From the NCBI GenBank assembly GCA_964537935.1, contig CAZICT010000002.1, positions 12,922 to 76,921 of the forward strand: a stretch of 64,000 bases of DNA. The letters are read 5' to 3'. The DNA comes from an uncultured Candidatus Saccharibacteria bacterium (GTDB taxonomy: Bacteria > Patescibacteriota > Saccharimonadia > Saccharimonadales > CAZICT01). The notes under the pieces are model-generated. The model was not told the DNA's origin. It did not search any database and saw only the letters and a program-made list of their open reading frames with translations. Positions 18,304-27,897 of this stretch are shown piece by piece. Each line of letters begins with the position of its first letter. The stretch's first letter is position 1. The position numbers and the translations under genes are program-made.

Positions 18304-20061
18304 TTAGCGTTCTATATCTTTGATCTCAATGCTGAGTTCGTTGAGTAATGTTTGGTCGACCTGGCTTGGCGAGCTCATCATTACATCAACACCAGAACCG
18401 TTCTTCGGAAAAGCCACAACTTCCCGGATGTTTTCTTCACCGATTAATACCATGAACATACGATCCAGACCAAAAGCACAACCGGCGTGCGGCGGTGCGC
18501 CATACTTAAAGGCGTTCAGCATTGCACCGAATTTATTCTCAACGTACTGCTTGTCGTAGCCGAGTATGTCGAAAACCCGGTACATGACGTCCGGGTTGTG
18601 GTTACGAACCGCCCCAGAACAGACTTCATAACCGTTCATAACCATGTCGTATTGATCGGCTACGATGCTCAACTTATCATCAGATTCAAGCGCTTCTAGA
18701 CCACCCTTCGGCATCGAAAACGGGTTATGTCCGAAATCGATCTGGCCGGTTTTCTCATCCGGTTCGTAAAATGGAAAGTCGACAATCCAGGCTAGAGCTA
18801 TAACATCAGGATCTTTTAATCCAAGATTGTCACCCAGACGGCTGCGCAAGCTACCGAGTATTTTATTGACCTTTGATCTATTATCGGAACCGAACAAAAT
18901 GGTATCACCATCCTTAGCGCCAGTCTTTTCAACGATTGTTTCCAGCTCATTTTCACTAAAGAATTTGGTTATTGATGATGTTGCTTTTCCATTCTCAACG
19001 ATCATGTACGGCAACCCGCCGGCGCCTTCACTTTTAGCGAAATCTGTTAGTTTATCAATTTCAGAGCGACTAAATTGCTTGCTTACCGCGATCGCCTTAA
19101 CGGCACCACCGGCATTAATGGCGTTTGTAAACACTCCAAAACCACAGTCCTTAAGCCCTTCAGTCAAATCTACAAGCTCCATGCCAAACCGTAAATCCGG
19201 CTTGTCGGTACCGAAGCGCTCCATTGCTTCAATATATGGAATGCGTGGTATCTCATCGTTTAACAACGTCTTGCCGGCAAACTCTTTGACCAACTTGACT
19301 ACTAAAGGATCCATCTCACTCCGCACTACTTCGCCATCACTGACAAACGACATCTCAAGATCCAACTGATAAAAATCACCGTATAAACGGTCCGCCCTGG
19401 GATCCTCGTCGCGGAAACAAGTTGCTATCTGATAATAACGCGGCACTCCCCCTACCATCAGCAGCTGCTTGAACTGCTGAGGAGCTTGCGGTAAGGCGTA
19501 GAATTGACCGGGATGAACGCGTGACGGTACCAAGAAATCTCGAGCACCTTCCGGACTGGAGTTTGCCAAAATCGGCGTCGCTACCTCAGTAAAGTCCTTA
19601 TCGTCCATATAGTTACGGATTATCCGATAGTATTCAGCGCGACGCTTTAGGGTTTCCTGCATCTTTGGGCGGCGCAAATCCAGGTAACGGTAACGTAAAC
19701 GGTTGTCTTCACTAATATTCTGGTTGGTGTTGACTAAAATCGGGAGCGGTTCTGATCTGTTAAGAATGGTAAGCTCCGTTACAACAACCTCAATGTTTCC
19801 GGTCTCAATGTTAGGGTTCCTTAAATCCTCTTCACGCTTTTCTACTTTGCCGGTGGCTTCTATAACGAATTCATCACGAAGCTCGCCGGCAGTTTTAAAC
19901 GCCTCACTGGCTTCCGGCCGAATAGTCAACTGTACTATGCCGGTGTGGTCGCGAAGGTCTATGAAGATCAGCCCCCCGTGGTCGCGCCGGGAATGTACCC
20001 AGCCTTGGACTGTAACCGTCTCACCGGATCGTCCGGTAGTTTCTTTACTCAATGTTCGCAT
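18304..20061 (-). CDS. aspS: Aspartate--tRNA ligase (bacterial type)
   Basis: N-terminal OB anticodon-binding domain (GWVHSRRDHGGLIFIDLRD). Class II motifs FRDEDPRADR and GAPPHAGCAFGLDR. 585 aa including the bacterial insertion domain. Confidence 0.95.
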   Translation of the reverse strand: MRTLSKETTGRSGETVTVQGWVHSRRDHGGLIFIDLRDHTGIVQLTIRPEASEAFKTAGELRDEFVIEATGKVEKREEDLRNPNIETGNIEVVVTELTILNRSEPLPILVNTNQNISEDNRLRYRYLDLRRPKMQETLKRRAEYYRIIRNYMDDKDFTEVATPILANSSPEGARDFLVPSRVHPGQFYALPQAPQQFKQLLMVGGVPRYYQIATCFRDEDPRADRLYGDFYQLDLEMSFVSDGEVVRSEMDPLVVKLVKEFAGKTLLNDEIPRIPYIEAMERFGTDKPDLRFGMELVDLTEGLKDCGFGVFTNAINAGGAVKAIAVSKQFSRSEIDKLTDFAKSEGAGGLPYMIVENGKATSSITKFFSENELETIVEKTGAKDGDTILFGSDNRSKVNKILGSLRSRLGDNLGLKDPDVIALAWIVDFPFYEPDEKTGQIDFGHNPFSMPKGGLEALESDDKLSIVADQYDMVMNGYEVCSGAVRNHNPDVMYRVFDILGYDKQYVENKFGAMLNAFKYGAPPHAGCAFGLDRMFMVLIGEENIREVVAFPKNGSGVDVMMSSPSQVDQTLLNELSIEIKDIER

Positions 20062-20103
20062 AATGTCTCTCCGAAGTATTTAGTGTTGCACGCAAGCTAA
20101 ACG

Positions 20104-20144
20104 GGACCCTAAGCGCTTGGTTTGCTTCTACCAAGTGCCGGTCC
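20104..20144 (-). terminator. Bipartite stem-loop between the CNNM/CorC gene and aspS; possible terminator or processing site
   Basis: Inner helix CTTGGT/ACCAAG (20116-20121 / 20130-20135) and outer helix GGACC/GGTCC (20104-20108 / 20140-20144). The U-tract is poor (CGUUUAGCUU). Confidence 0.3.
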
Positions 20145-20183
20145 GTAAATTTCTATTAGTAACGCTCACTCTGTTCATCGAAG

Positions 20184-21233
20184 CTATTCTACCACTTCTA
20201 CCTCTGGATTATCTACTGAAGGGTGGTTATGGTCGTCGCGCTCCTTACTAGCCTCACGTGCAGCCACTGCGCGCATATCATCATACTGATCAAACTCATC
20301 GATAATTTGCCGGCCAACAATCTCTTCTAAAATATCTTCCATTGTCACTACACCTACGAACTCTTCGAAGCTGTTAACGACAATAAACATATGTTGGTGC
20401 GTCTTGATAATTGCCGCCAGTGCGCTGTAAAGATCTTGATCCTGATGTACATAGGCTACCTTCTTGTTGACGAACTTAGCCACAGTGCCGCCAGTCTTAC
20501 CGGTGACCAGATCGCGCAGTAGCGTCACGCCGACTATATTGTCCTGCTTGGATTCGAATACCAGAAATCTCGAAAAACCGCTATCGTGCAATTCGCTCAT
20601 CAATACAGGTCCGATAGTATCGTCAACCGAAACCATCTTCACTACCCGCCTTGGCGTCATTATCTGACTAACCTGCTTTTCGCCAAATGTGAGCGCATGT
20701 CGGGCTATATCAAGCTCACCTCTCGTTATTCGGTTATCAGCCTGCACTTCTTGACGCTCAAGTAGTCCAATCAAATCTTCCTTTTCGTATAGTCCGGTAT
20801 GAACCCGGATTGGCCGATGTTTGCGGATAAAGCGATTAATCCGGTCAATTAGCGGATGAATGTATTGCAATATCCAGGCAAAAACCGGTGCTGCACTTGT
20901 AGCCAGCCATTGTCCGACTTTGGTTGCGTTTTGGGCTGGTAGCCAAAGGAATCCCAGCCACAGCACAAAAGCTACGGCCATGACAGCGAACCAGGTGGCC
21001 GTCGAACGGGCAACATAAACAAAGAACAACGCTGCAATGATTGAAACCATAGCCCAAAGAAGCGCCCGCAAACTCGTTCCATAAGCCGCGGCTTTGTATA
21101 AACCGCGAGCCAACGAATCACCGGCGCGAGCACGGCGTTTCAACTCTTTGGCTGGCACATTATAATATGTTCTCTGCAAGCTGATAGCCAGAAGCATGCA
21201 TCCACCCAGCAATAACCCGATAAAAAGTTCCAT
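20184..21233 (-). CDS. CNNM/CorC-family transporter (DUF21 TM domain + CBS pair)
   Basis: Four N-terminal TM helices followed by a tandem CBS region (IMTPRRVV..., VGVVTMEDILEEIVG). The usual C-terminal CorC_HlyC domain appears to be missing. Confidence 0.8.
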   Translation of the reverse strand: MELFIGLLLGGCMLLAISLQRTYYNVPAKELKRRARAGDSLARGLYKAAAYGTSLRALLWAMVSIIAALFFVYVARSTATWFAVMAVAFVLWLGFLWLPAQNATKVGQWLATSAAPVFAWILQYIHPLIDRINRFIRKHRPIRVHTGLYEKEDLIGLLERQEVQADNRITRGELDIARHALTFGEKQVSQIMTPRRVVKMVSVDDTIGPVLMSELHDSGFSRFLVFESKQDNIVGVTLLRDLVTGKTGGTVAKFVNKKVAYVHQDQDLYSALAAIIKTHQHMFIVVNSFEEFVGVVTMEDILEEIVGRQIIDEFDQYDDMRAVAAREASKERDDHNHPSVDNPEVEVVE

Positions 21234-21280
21234 GACTTAATGGTACAATACAGGAGCAAATTGAGGGAGCAATAAAAAAT

Positions 21281-21937
21281 ATGAGCAATCGTTTCTTACT
21301 AGTAATCCTGGCTTGTATCGTAGTATTCGCTGGGTTGTTATTCTTTACCAAAGACAGTGCTGACGCACCGGTAGACGAATCGGTCACCACAACTAATCAC
21401 GTACTCGGCAATGAAGATGCGGCAGTTACGTTAACCGAGTACGGTGATTTTCAATGTCCGGCATGTGGTGGTTATTACTCAATCCTAAAAGAAGTAAAGG
21501 ATAAATACGGCGATCAGCTGAACTTTCAATTCCGGCACTTCCCGCTTATCGCCATTCACCCTAACGCTATGGCCGCCCATCGTGCCGCCGAAGCCGCCGG
21601 TAAACAAGGTAAGTTCTTTGACATGCATGATTTGCTGTATGAGCGCCAAGCTGAATGGTCAAATAGCACGAGCGTAAGCGGAGTATTCGAACGTTACGCC
21701 GAAGAACTTGAACTTGATATGGATCAGTACAGGCAAGATGTAGCTAGCGCCGAGACCAACGCCATCATACAAGCCGATTTGGCAGCCGGTAAGGATATGA
21801 ACGTCAGCTCCACGCCTAGTTTTCTGATAAACGGAGAGTTTGTACAGAATAATCCTCGTGATGTTGAGGGCTTTTCCGAACTCATTGACGCCGCACTAGC
21901 TGAAACTGAAGGCAATGCGGAAGACAGCCAAGAATAA
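21281..21937 (+). CDS. DsbA-family thiol:disulfide oxidoreductase, membrane-anchored
   Basis: N-terminal TM, thioredoxin-fold active site CPAC, and the downstream cis-Pro region (VSSTPSFLING). Confidence 0.85.
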   Translation: MSNRFLLVILACIVVFAGLLFFTKDSADAPVDESVTTTNHVLGNEDAAVTLTEYGDFQCPACGGYYSILKEVKDKYGDQLNFQFRHFPLIAIHPNAMAAHRAAEAAGKQGKFFDMHDLLYERQAEWSNSTSVSGVFERYAEELELDMDQYRQDVASAETNAIIQADLAAGKDMNVSSTPSFLINGEFVQNNPRDVEGFSELIDAALAETEGNAEDSQE

Positions 21938-21961
21938 CTAATACCTGCCTAGTCGTACAAT

Positions 21962-21997
21962 AAAACTACCGTCATAAAAAGACGGTAGTTTTATTTT
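21962..21997. terminator. Bidirectional rho-independent terminator
   Basis: Perfect 12-bp stem AAAACTACCGTC / GACGGTAGTTTT (21962-21973 / 21981-21992) with a 7-nt loop. It carries an A-tract within its 5' arm and a T-tract running from its 3' arm into the 3' flank, so it works in both directions. Confidence 0.85.
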
Positions 21998-22007
21998 GCA
22001 GTAAAGC

Positions 22008-22100
22008 CTAATAATTAATGTATTGCTGCCATTTTGGCCGACGGATTTTAACTTCCACTTTAGCTCCCCTTGTAGAAATTATTTTTATTTTTATTGCCAT
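22008..22100 (-). CDS. Candidate small ORF (30 aa, MAIKIKIISTRGAKVEVKIRRPKWQQYINY); not in the ORF track
   Basis: AGGAGG (22116-22111) lies 10 nt upstream of the ATG at 22100. The stop at 22008 lies 10 nt before the bidirectional terminator. A candidate promoter with a perfect TTGACA is at 22237-22232. Confidence 0.3.
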   Translation of the reverse strand: MAIKIKIISTRGAKVEVKIRRPKWQQYINY

Positions 22101-22207
22101 GACTGGCTGACCTCCTATGGGCACATGAAGCCTCAACTCCACATACACTTGTTTCTTTTTATTGTTTTTGTGTTCCAGCAGCCATCGCTACGTTTGGAAG
22201 TAATGTT

Positions 22208-22258
22208 ATATTCGCACAACGCGCTCGTGCTTGTCAACAGATTTACTGACTTTATTAA
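22208..22258. promoter_or_regulatory. Face-to-face divergent promoter candidates sharing one -35 region
   Basis: Minus strand: TTGACA (22237-22232), 18-nt spacer, TGcGAATAT (hexamer 22213-22208). Plus strand: TTGTCA (22231-22236), 16-nt spacer, TATTAA (22253-22258). Confidence 0.3.
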
Positions 22259-22299
22259 GAGGTTTGTCATATGATGATGCCGCCGTTACAATTACAGTT

Positions 22300-24840
22300 A
22301 TGCTTTATTATCAGCAGCGTATTGAGGAAGTGCTCATTAACCTCAATACAACGGAGCACGGGCTCACAAACCAACAAGTAAAAGCCAACCTAAAACGCTT
22401 TGGACCTAACACTATTAAAGTCAAGTCCGAACCGCTTTGGCGAAAAATTATCGAACCGTTCGTCAACGTCTTCATGGCTGTTCTGTTTGTGGCGGCATTT
22501 ATCAGTCTGGCCAAAAAAGAGCCATTAGACGCTACGATTATTTTTGTCATCATAAGTGTTAGCGCGCTTATATATTATGTGCAAAGATTCTCGACCGAAC
22601 GTATTTTAAGGGCATTGCAGCGACGGGAACGTCAAGCTGTTGAGGTAATAAGAGACGGCAAATCAGTTGAAATATCCTCTGAAAAGATAGTGCCTGGCGA
22701 TATATTGGTCCTCCACGAAGGCGAAAAATTACCAGCTGATGCGCGACTAATTCATGTCGATGGCCTGCGCTGTGACGAATCTCTTTTAACCGGCGAATCA
22801 TTGCCAATCAGCAAACAGGTGCAACCGCTAAAAAAAACTAGCGAAGTCTATGAGCAAAGCAATATGGTCTTTCAGGGATCATTTGTAGTCTCCGGTGAAG
22901 CTAGGGCGGTAGTCACTGCAACCGGAAATAACACGCAGTTTGGGCGGCTGGCAGTTTTATCCGGAGAGCCAAACACCAGCAGTCCGGTACAAAAAAAGAT
23001 CGATAAGCTGATAAGTAAGATTGTTATCGCTATTTTTCTGGTTTCGCTTTTGGCCTTTGGATTGGCATTGTATCGGGGCATGGAGATTGCCGAAGCTGTC
23101 CGGTTTGTATTAGCCCTGGCAGTATCTGCGGTGCCAGAGGGTCTACCGGTTGCGATATCTGTAATCCTAGTGCTTGGCATGCGCCGGATGGCCAAGCATA
23201 AAGCACTGGTAAGGAGCATGCAAGCGATTGAAAATACCGGGGTCATCACTACTATCGCTACTGATAAAACCGGTACCTTAACCAAAAACCTTCTTACCGT
23301 CCAACGAACCTGGCAATTGGATAAAAAAGTCGATGAGGCATCATTTGCCCGCCATATCCTGTTAGCGACAAATCACAATAACAACAAATCACATGATCCG
23401 CTTGATACGGCGATGCAGGCCTTTGCCAGCAAACATAAGGCCACTCTTCCCCGGGACTTTACCCAGGTAGCCAATATGCCTTTCGATCACAGCTTTGCAA
23501 TGAGCGGAAATGTCTGGTCTACAAAATCCGGCCATTTGGCGGTGATAAAGGGCGCTCCTGAGCATGTATTAGCCCGATCAAAATTAAATAAAAAGTCTCT
23601 GGAGGAAGCCCATCATATGTTGTACTCATTGACCGGCCAGGGATTTCGGGTTATTGCTGTTGCGCATGCTGAACTTTCAGGAGCAATAAAAAATTTGAGT
23701 GAACTACCGAAGAAAAATTTGGTTTTTGATGGTTTTATCGCTGTCGCCGACGAACTCCGAAGGACCTCAAAGTCGGCTGTGGCTGCCGCCCAGGCCGCCG
23801 GCGTAACTGTGCGGATGATTACCGGTGATCACTTCGAAACCGCCTTTGCCATTGGAAAACAGCTTGGCATGGTAGAGCATCGCAATCAGGTGTTTGATAG
23901 CCGCAAATTGGCAGAATTATCTGACAAGGAGTTGTCACGAATTATCAAAGATGTCCGGGTTTTTGCGCGCGTTATCCCTGAACACAAACACCGGATTTTG
24001 TCTCTGTTAAAAAAGCATGACGTTACGGCTATGACCGGTGATGGCGTCAACGACGTGCCCGCTCTCACGAATGCTCATATCGGTATTGCCATGGGCGCCG
24101 GTACGCAAATTGCCAAGGAAGCCGGTGACATAATTTTGCTTGATAATGACTTTAAGAGCATCGTAACGGCAATTCGTGAAGGCCGGATTATCTTTAATAA
24201 TATCCGTCGAATGCTGTTTTATCTGCTGGCTACAAGTTCAGGCGAGGTACTTACAATGCTAGGAGCTCTAATCATTGGATTGCCGCTGCCGATTGTAGCC
24301 GTTCAGATCTTATGGATTAACCTAGTCACAGACACAATTATGGTTATACCCTTAGGCCTAGAGCCTGGTGAAAAACATATAATGAAACGTAAGCCGCGAC
24401 GCCCCGAACAACCGATTCTCGATCCGTTTATCATATCCAGAATGTTATTGATTGCTTTAACTATGGCCATAACCACCTTGATAGTATTCAATTACTTCCG
24501 CAGTTTTTCTTCCATCGAATACGCGCGCTCAATTGCCTTCAGCATACTCGTAGTGATGCAGTGGGCAAACGCCTTTAATGCAAGGAGTGAAGTGGATTCG
24601 GTCTTTACACGCTTAAGGGTTATGAATAGTAAGTTCTACGTCGGTCTCGCCATAGCCGTTACTGTCCAGATGCTCGCCATGTTCGGGCCGCTACGAAACA
24701 CTCTACATGTTGTGCCGGTTAGTGGTATGGACGTTGTAACTACCGGTATTATCGGAACTGCGGCAGTTCTAGCTGTCAGTGAAATACATAAGCTTGTCGG
24801 TCGTATGCTCAAGTCACACCGTCAACTTAAATATAGATGA
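22300..24840 (+). CDS. Cation-transporting P-type ATPase (P2-type, Ca2+/Mg2+-like)
   Basis: TGES, PEGLP, phosphorylation site DKTGTLT and the hinge MTGDGVNDVPAL. The ATG at 22300 gives the canonical N-terminus (..EEVL..L.T...GLT..QV...L..FGPN). The ORF-track TTG at 22231 is less likely. Confidence 0.9.
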   Translation: MLYYQQRIEEVLINLNTTEHGLTNQQVKANLKRFGPNTIKVKSEPLWRKIIEPFVNVFMAVLFVAAFISLAKKEPLDATIIFVIISVSALIYYVQRFSTERILRALQRRERQAVEVIRDGKSVEISSEKIVPGDILVLHEGEKLPADARLIHVDGLRCDESLLTGESLPISKQVQPLKKTSEVYEQSNMVFQGSFVVSGEARAVVTATGNNTQFGRLAVLSGEPNTSSPVQKKIDKLISKIVIAIFLVSLLAFGLALYRGMEIAEAVRFVLALAVSAVPEGLPVAISVILVLGMRRMAKHKALVRSMQAIENTGVITTIATDKTGTLTKNLLTVQRTWQLDKKVDEASFARHILLATNHNNNKSHDPLDTAMQAFASKHKATLPRDFTQVANMPFDHSFAMSGNVWSTKSGHLAVIKGAPEHVLARSKLNKKSLEEAHHMLYSLTGQGFRVIAVAHAELSGAIKNLSELPKKNLVFDGFIAVADELRRTSKSAVAAAQAAGVTVRMITGDHFETAFAIGKQLGMVEHRNQVFDSRKLAELSDKELSRIIKDVRVFARVIPEHKHRILSLLKKHDVTAMTGDGVNDVPALTNAHIGIAMGAGTQIAKEAGDIILLDNDFKSIVTAIREGRIIFNNIRRMLFYLLATSSGEVLTMLGALIIGLPLPIVAVQILWINLVTDTIMVIPLGLEPGEKHIMKRKPRRPEQPILDPFIISRMLLIALTMAITTLIVFNYFRSFSSIEYARSIAFSILVVMQWANAFNARSEVDSVFTRLRVMNSKFYVGLAIAVTVQMLAMFGPLRNTLHVVPVSGMDVVTTGIIGTAAVLAVSEIHKLVGRMLKSHRQLKYR

Positions 24841-24901
24841 GTTCGTTATTGATAATTAGATGCTGTAAAATGATCAAATAGATAGGTAGTTGAAAATAAA
24901 T

Positions 24902-26599
24902 ATGCATAATATTTTTCCTGAGCTCAGTATTGTCATAGCCATAGGCGCAGGAATCGCCTTGCTTATGCACGTTCTTAGGCAGCCGCTGATAGTAGGGCAT
25001 ATTCTCACCGGCGTTGTCGTTGGTCCGGCGGTATTCAATATAATTCAGGAAGAATCCGCCTACTCTACTCTTAGCAACTTAGGGATCGCCCTGCTGCTGT
25101 TCATTATTGGACTTGATGTAAGCCTTAGGGTCTTTTCACGGCTTCGGCATAGTATCTTTATTTCTACCGCAATGCAGGTTGTCGGTATATCCGGTCTTGG
25201 ATTTTTTACTTCGCGGCTGCTTGATTTTGGCAGGATGGAATCGGCCATATTGGGGCTTGGCTTGGCACTCAGCAGTACCGTAATTATCGTAAAACTACTT
25301 AACGACAAGCGCGAAATTACACGTTTGTATGCCCAGATAACCATTGGTGTGCTACTACTGCAGGATGTTGTCGCTACCGCCGGCAAGATCGGTCTGGCTG
25401 CCCGCAGTGAAGGTGACAGTTTGGCTGAGATATTAATTTTGTTGGGCCGAGGAATCGGTGTGACGCTTTTGTTGTATATAGCCAGCCGCCATATAATTCC
25501 CCGTTTGACACGCTCTATCGAGAGCTCCAAGGAGCTTCTTCTGCTTTTCGCCCTTGGCTGGGGGCTTGGCATAGCTACCCTCTTTGAACGAACTGGATTT
25601 TCAATAGAAATCGGTGCTTTATTTGCCGGTGTTAGTCTTGCCAGCTTACCATACAGCCGCGAGATGGCGGCTCGTTTAAAGCCACTCAGAGATTTCTTTC
25701 TGATAATATTCTTTATAACTTTAGGTCAATCTTTGACTGCGGCCAACGCTCGGCAAGTGCTCGGTCCGGCCATTATACTCAGTGGTATAGTTTTGCTGGT
25801 TAAACCGATTATCACCATGACAAGCCTAGGGCTGATGGGTTACACCAAACGCACAAGCTTCAAGTCGGCAATATCACTAAGTCAGGTCAGTGAGTTTTCG
25901 TTGGTATTTGCAGTTTCGGCGCTTCATACGCACCTGGCAAGTGAGCGTGTCGTATTTACCCTAACTCTTACCGCTTTGATTACATTCATTGTGTCTGCGT
26001 ATCTGATTAAATATGATGACTGGCTGTACAAGCGCCTGGAGAAAAGACTCAGACTTTTTGAACGTCGGGTTACGAAACTGGAACAACGCGAAACCTTGCA
26101 GCAATACCCGGTAGTAATGTTCGGTTACAGGAAAGGTGGACGTGAGTTTATAAAAACCTTCAAGCGCCTTAAGAAGCGGTTTGTAGTCGTTGATTATGAT
26201 CCGGAGGTTATCGAACTCTTAGAGCGTGAGGAACACAACTATATTTACGGAGACGCTACTGATGTGGAACTATTAGACGAACTAAACCTTGATAAAAGCC
26301 AATTAGTCGTTTCGGTTGCCACTGACCTACACACAAACATCTCTTTGCTAACTTATCTTGAAAAGATAAATCCTAACGTCGTGTTTATTTGTTCGGCTGA
26401 TAATTATGAAGGCGCTGCCGAGCTTTATGGACTTGGAGCCAGCTATGTGATGATGCCGCACTACATCGGCAGTGAAAAAATCAGTTCGTTTATTCTACGA
26501 AGCGGCCTTAAGAAAACCGAATTCAAAAAATATCGTGAAAAACATCTTAATTATATCCGTGGCCATTTTGATATCGAAATGGCAGGCTGGACCAGCTAA
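24902..26599 (+). CDS. Cation:proton antiporter (CPA2/Kef-type) with a C-terminal RCK/TrkA-N-like domain
   Basis: About 12 TM Na_H_exchanger-like core followed by a soluble Rossmann-like domain (VVMFGYRKGGREF...VVVDYDPE). The first ATG is at 24902 (track TTG at 24890). Confidence 0.8.
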   Translation: MHNIFPELSIVIAIGAGIALLMHVLRQPLIVGHILTGVVVGPAVFNIIQEESAYSTLSNLGIALLLFIIGLDVSLRVFSRLRHSIFISTAMQVVGISGLGFFTSRLLDFGRMESAILGLGLALSSTVIIVKLLNDKREITRLYAQITIGVLLLQDVVATAGKIGLAARSEGDSLAEILILLGRGIGVTLLLYIASRHIIPRLTRSIESSKELLLLFALGWGLGIATLFERTGFSIEIGALFAGVSLASLPYSREMAARLKPLRDFFLIIFFITLGQSLTAANARQVLGPAIILSGIVLLVKPIITMTSLGLMGYTKRTSFKSAISLSQVSEFSLVFAVSALHTHLASERVVFTLTLTALITFIVSAYLIKYDDWLYKRLEKRLRLFERRVTKLEQRETLQQYPVVMFGYRKGGREFIKTFKRLKKRFVVVDYDPEVIELLEREEHNYIYGDATDVELLDELNLDKSQLVVSVATDLHTNISLLTYLEKINPNVVFICSADNYEGAAELYGLGASYVMMPHYIGSEKISSFILRSGLKKTEFKKYREKHLNYIRGHFDIEMAGWTS

Positions 26600-26608
26600 T
26601 ACTTAGGG

Positions 26609-27202
26609 CTACAAAGGCTTATATAGCCCGTTTTTCATAATATAATCGATTACTGATAATTCGACTCCCGAAGCCTGACCGGTTTGCCTGATGCTGCGGC
26701 GAATGGCCGATGAGGATAATGAAGCCTGCGGCGCTTTGATTATGCTATAGCTTAGTCGCTCATTCTTGGCATTCTCAATGATTGATATTACTTCTTTAAT
26801 CGCCGTTTCAGATTTTTTGCGCCTGCCGATAACAAACTTGCAAGCCGTTATTAGTTGGCTGACATTCGGCCACGACACCAAACGTGATAACACATCGTCA
26901 CCAAACAGTAAGTATAATTCCGCCCCTTTAAAACGTTCCATCAAGTACGGTAATGTTTCCGAAACGGTATAGTTTGTTTGGTCAATCACGATGGTACCGA
27001 ATGGGGGAATCTGCTCGGTAGCCAATCGAACCATCTCCTGTCGGTGCTCTAGCGCCTTGACCCCTTGCTTGAGTCGCGGTCTAGGCTCGACCATAAAGAA
27101 AACCTTTTTCAGCTTACATTGCTCGTATGCGGCTTTTGCAAATTCCAAATGCCCTTTATGAATCGGGTTGAACGATCCGGCATAAATACCAATTCGATTC
27201 AT
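26609..27202 (-). CDS. nadD: Nicotinate-nucleotide adenylyltransferase
   Basis: GSFNPIHKGHL (H/T-x-G-H nucleotidyltransferase motif) and the C-terminal SSSAIR (ISST..R-like) motif. Its start overlaps the upstream stop by ATGA. Confidence 0.9.
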   Translation of the reverse strand: MNRIGIYAGSFNPIHKGHLEFAKAAYEQCKLKKVFFMVEPRPRLKQGVKALEHRQEMVRLATEQIPPFGTIVIDQTNYTVSETLPYLMERFKGAELYLLFGDDVLSRLVSWPNVSQLITACKFVIGRRKKSETAIKEVISIIENAKNERLSYSIIKAPQASLSSSAIRRSIRQTGQASGVELSVIDYIMKNGLYKPL

Positions 27203-27897
27203 GACGTGCGCTTAGGAAGCGTCTGGCTGGCTTGAGTTTTATGAGTCTGTAGCTGCAATAATACTGCCCGCAAAAACAGCCATAGGCCCACGAGTTCAAG
27301 CCCTTCTTCGACCACTACCAACCCAAAGTTATATAAAATACTCGCTTTATCCACCTGAATGGCTGCGTACTCCACAACTAAAGCTCCGGATAAATAAACT
27401 GCCGTAGCTATAAGTAACCGTTTTCGAAACCCGGACGGGAACAGTCGCCGCACATACAAGCCGGCCGCCACCAAACCAATTACTATAAACGGCAGTACTA
27501 ACAGCCAGGCATTTTGAGTGAAGGTTTGCTCTTCGCCGAATTGAGCTAATATGTGCAGACCCTGAAGCGCTAACTCGTGAAGCGCCGCCATCTCATCCAG
27601 GGAAATCATCAAACCGATAAATGCCAGCAGCTGCCAACCTTTAGTAATTTGTGGCGAAGATTCTCGATGAGCTGCCAGCCAAGCTATGGCAGCCGAAGCA
27701 AGAGCCAGCATTGATGCAAACCATGTAGGTATGCTTAGTTCGTTATCGAGACCGAACCTTGCCGCAACATCATTAACAAACAAATTTTGCGGGCCAACCA
27801 TACGTGCTACTGCCTGCATTGAAATATGAAATATGATGAGCAGCCCAACAGCCAGCAGTAATCCGTTTAAAATTCGTGTGTAATCATGCTTTATCAT
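27199..27897 (-). CDS. Uncharacterised polytopic membrane protein, family A (paralog of 62565..63263)
   Basis: 232 aa with about 6 TM helices. Conserved acidic motifs DNELSIPTWF, SLDEMAALHE and EEGLELVG are shared with the second copy. Confidence 0.65.
   Translation of the reverse strand: MIKHDYTRILNGLLLAVGLLIIFHISMQAVARMVGPQNLFVNDVAARFGLDNELSIPTWFASMLALASAAIAWLAAHRESSPQITKGWQLLAFIGLMISLDEMAALHELALQGLHILAQFGEEQTFTQNAWLLVLPFIVIGLVAAGLYVRRLFPSGFRKRLLIATAVYLSGALVVEYAAIQVDKASILYNFGLVVVEEGLELVGLWLFLRAVLLQLQTHKTQASQTLPKRTS

Noticed and set aside
18827-19369. 180-aa plus-strand ORF inside aspS (also 18320..18559, 18487..18699, 19703..20083)
   Set aside because: All are antisense to aspS, the best-supported gene in the window.
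20062-20183. Possible T-box leader upstream of aspS
   Set aside because: Only about 120 nt are available, and no T-box sequence (AAUUAGGGUGGUACCGCG-like), specifier loop or antiterminator is visible. The stem-loop is better explained as the end of the upstream CNNM/CorC gene.
22023-22274. 83-aa plus-strand ORF in the gap between dsbA and the ATPase
   Set aside because: It has a TTG start without an SD and an F/H/Y/C-rich implausible sequence. It spans the promoter region. The opposite strand carries a better-signalled 30-aa ORF.
25060-25572. 170-aa minus-strand ORF inside the Kef-type antiporter gene
   Set aside because: It is antisense to a strongly supported transporter gene. The Ser/Arg/Pro-rich sequence is implausible.
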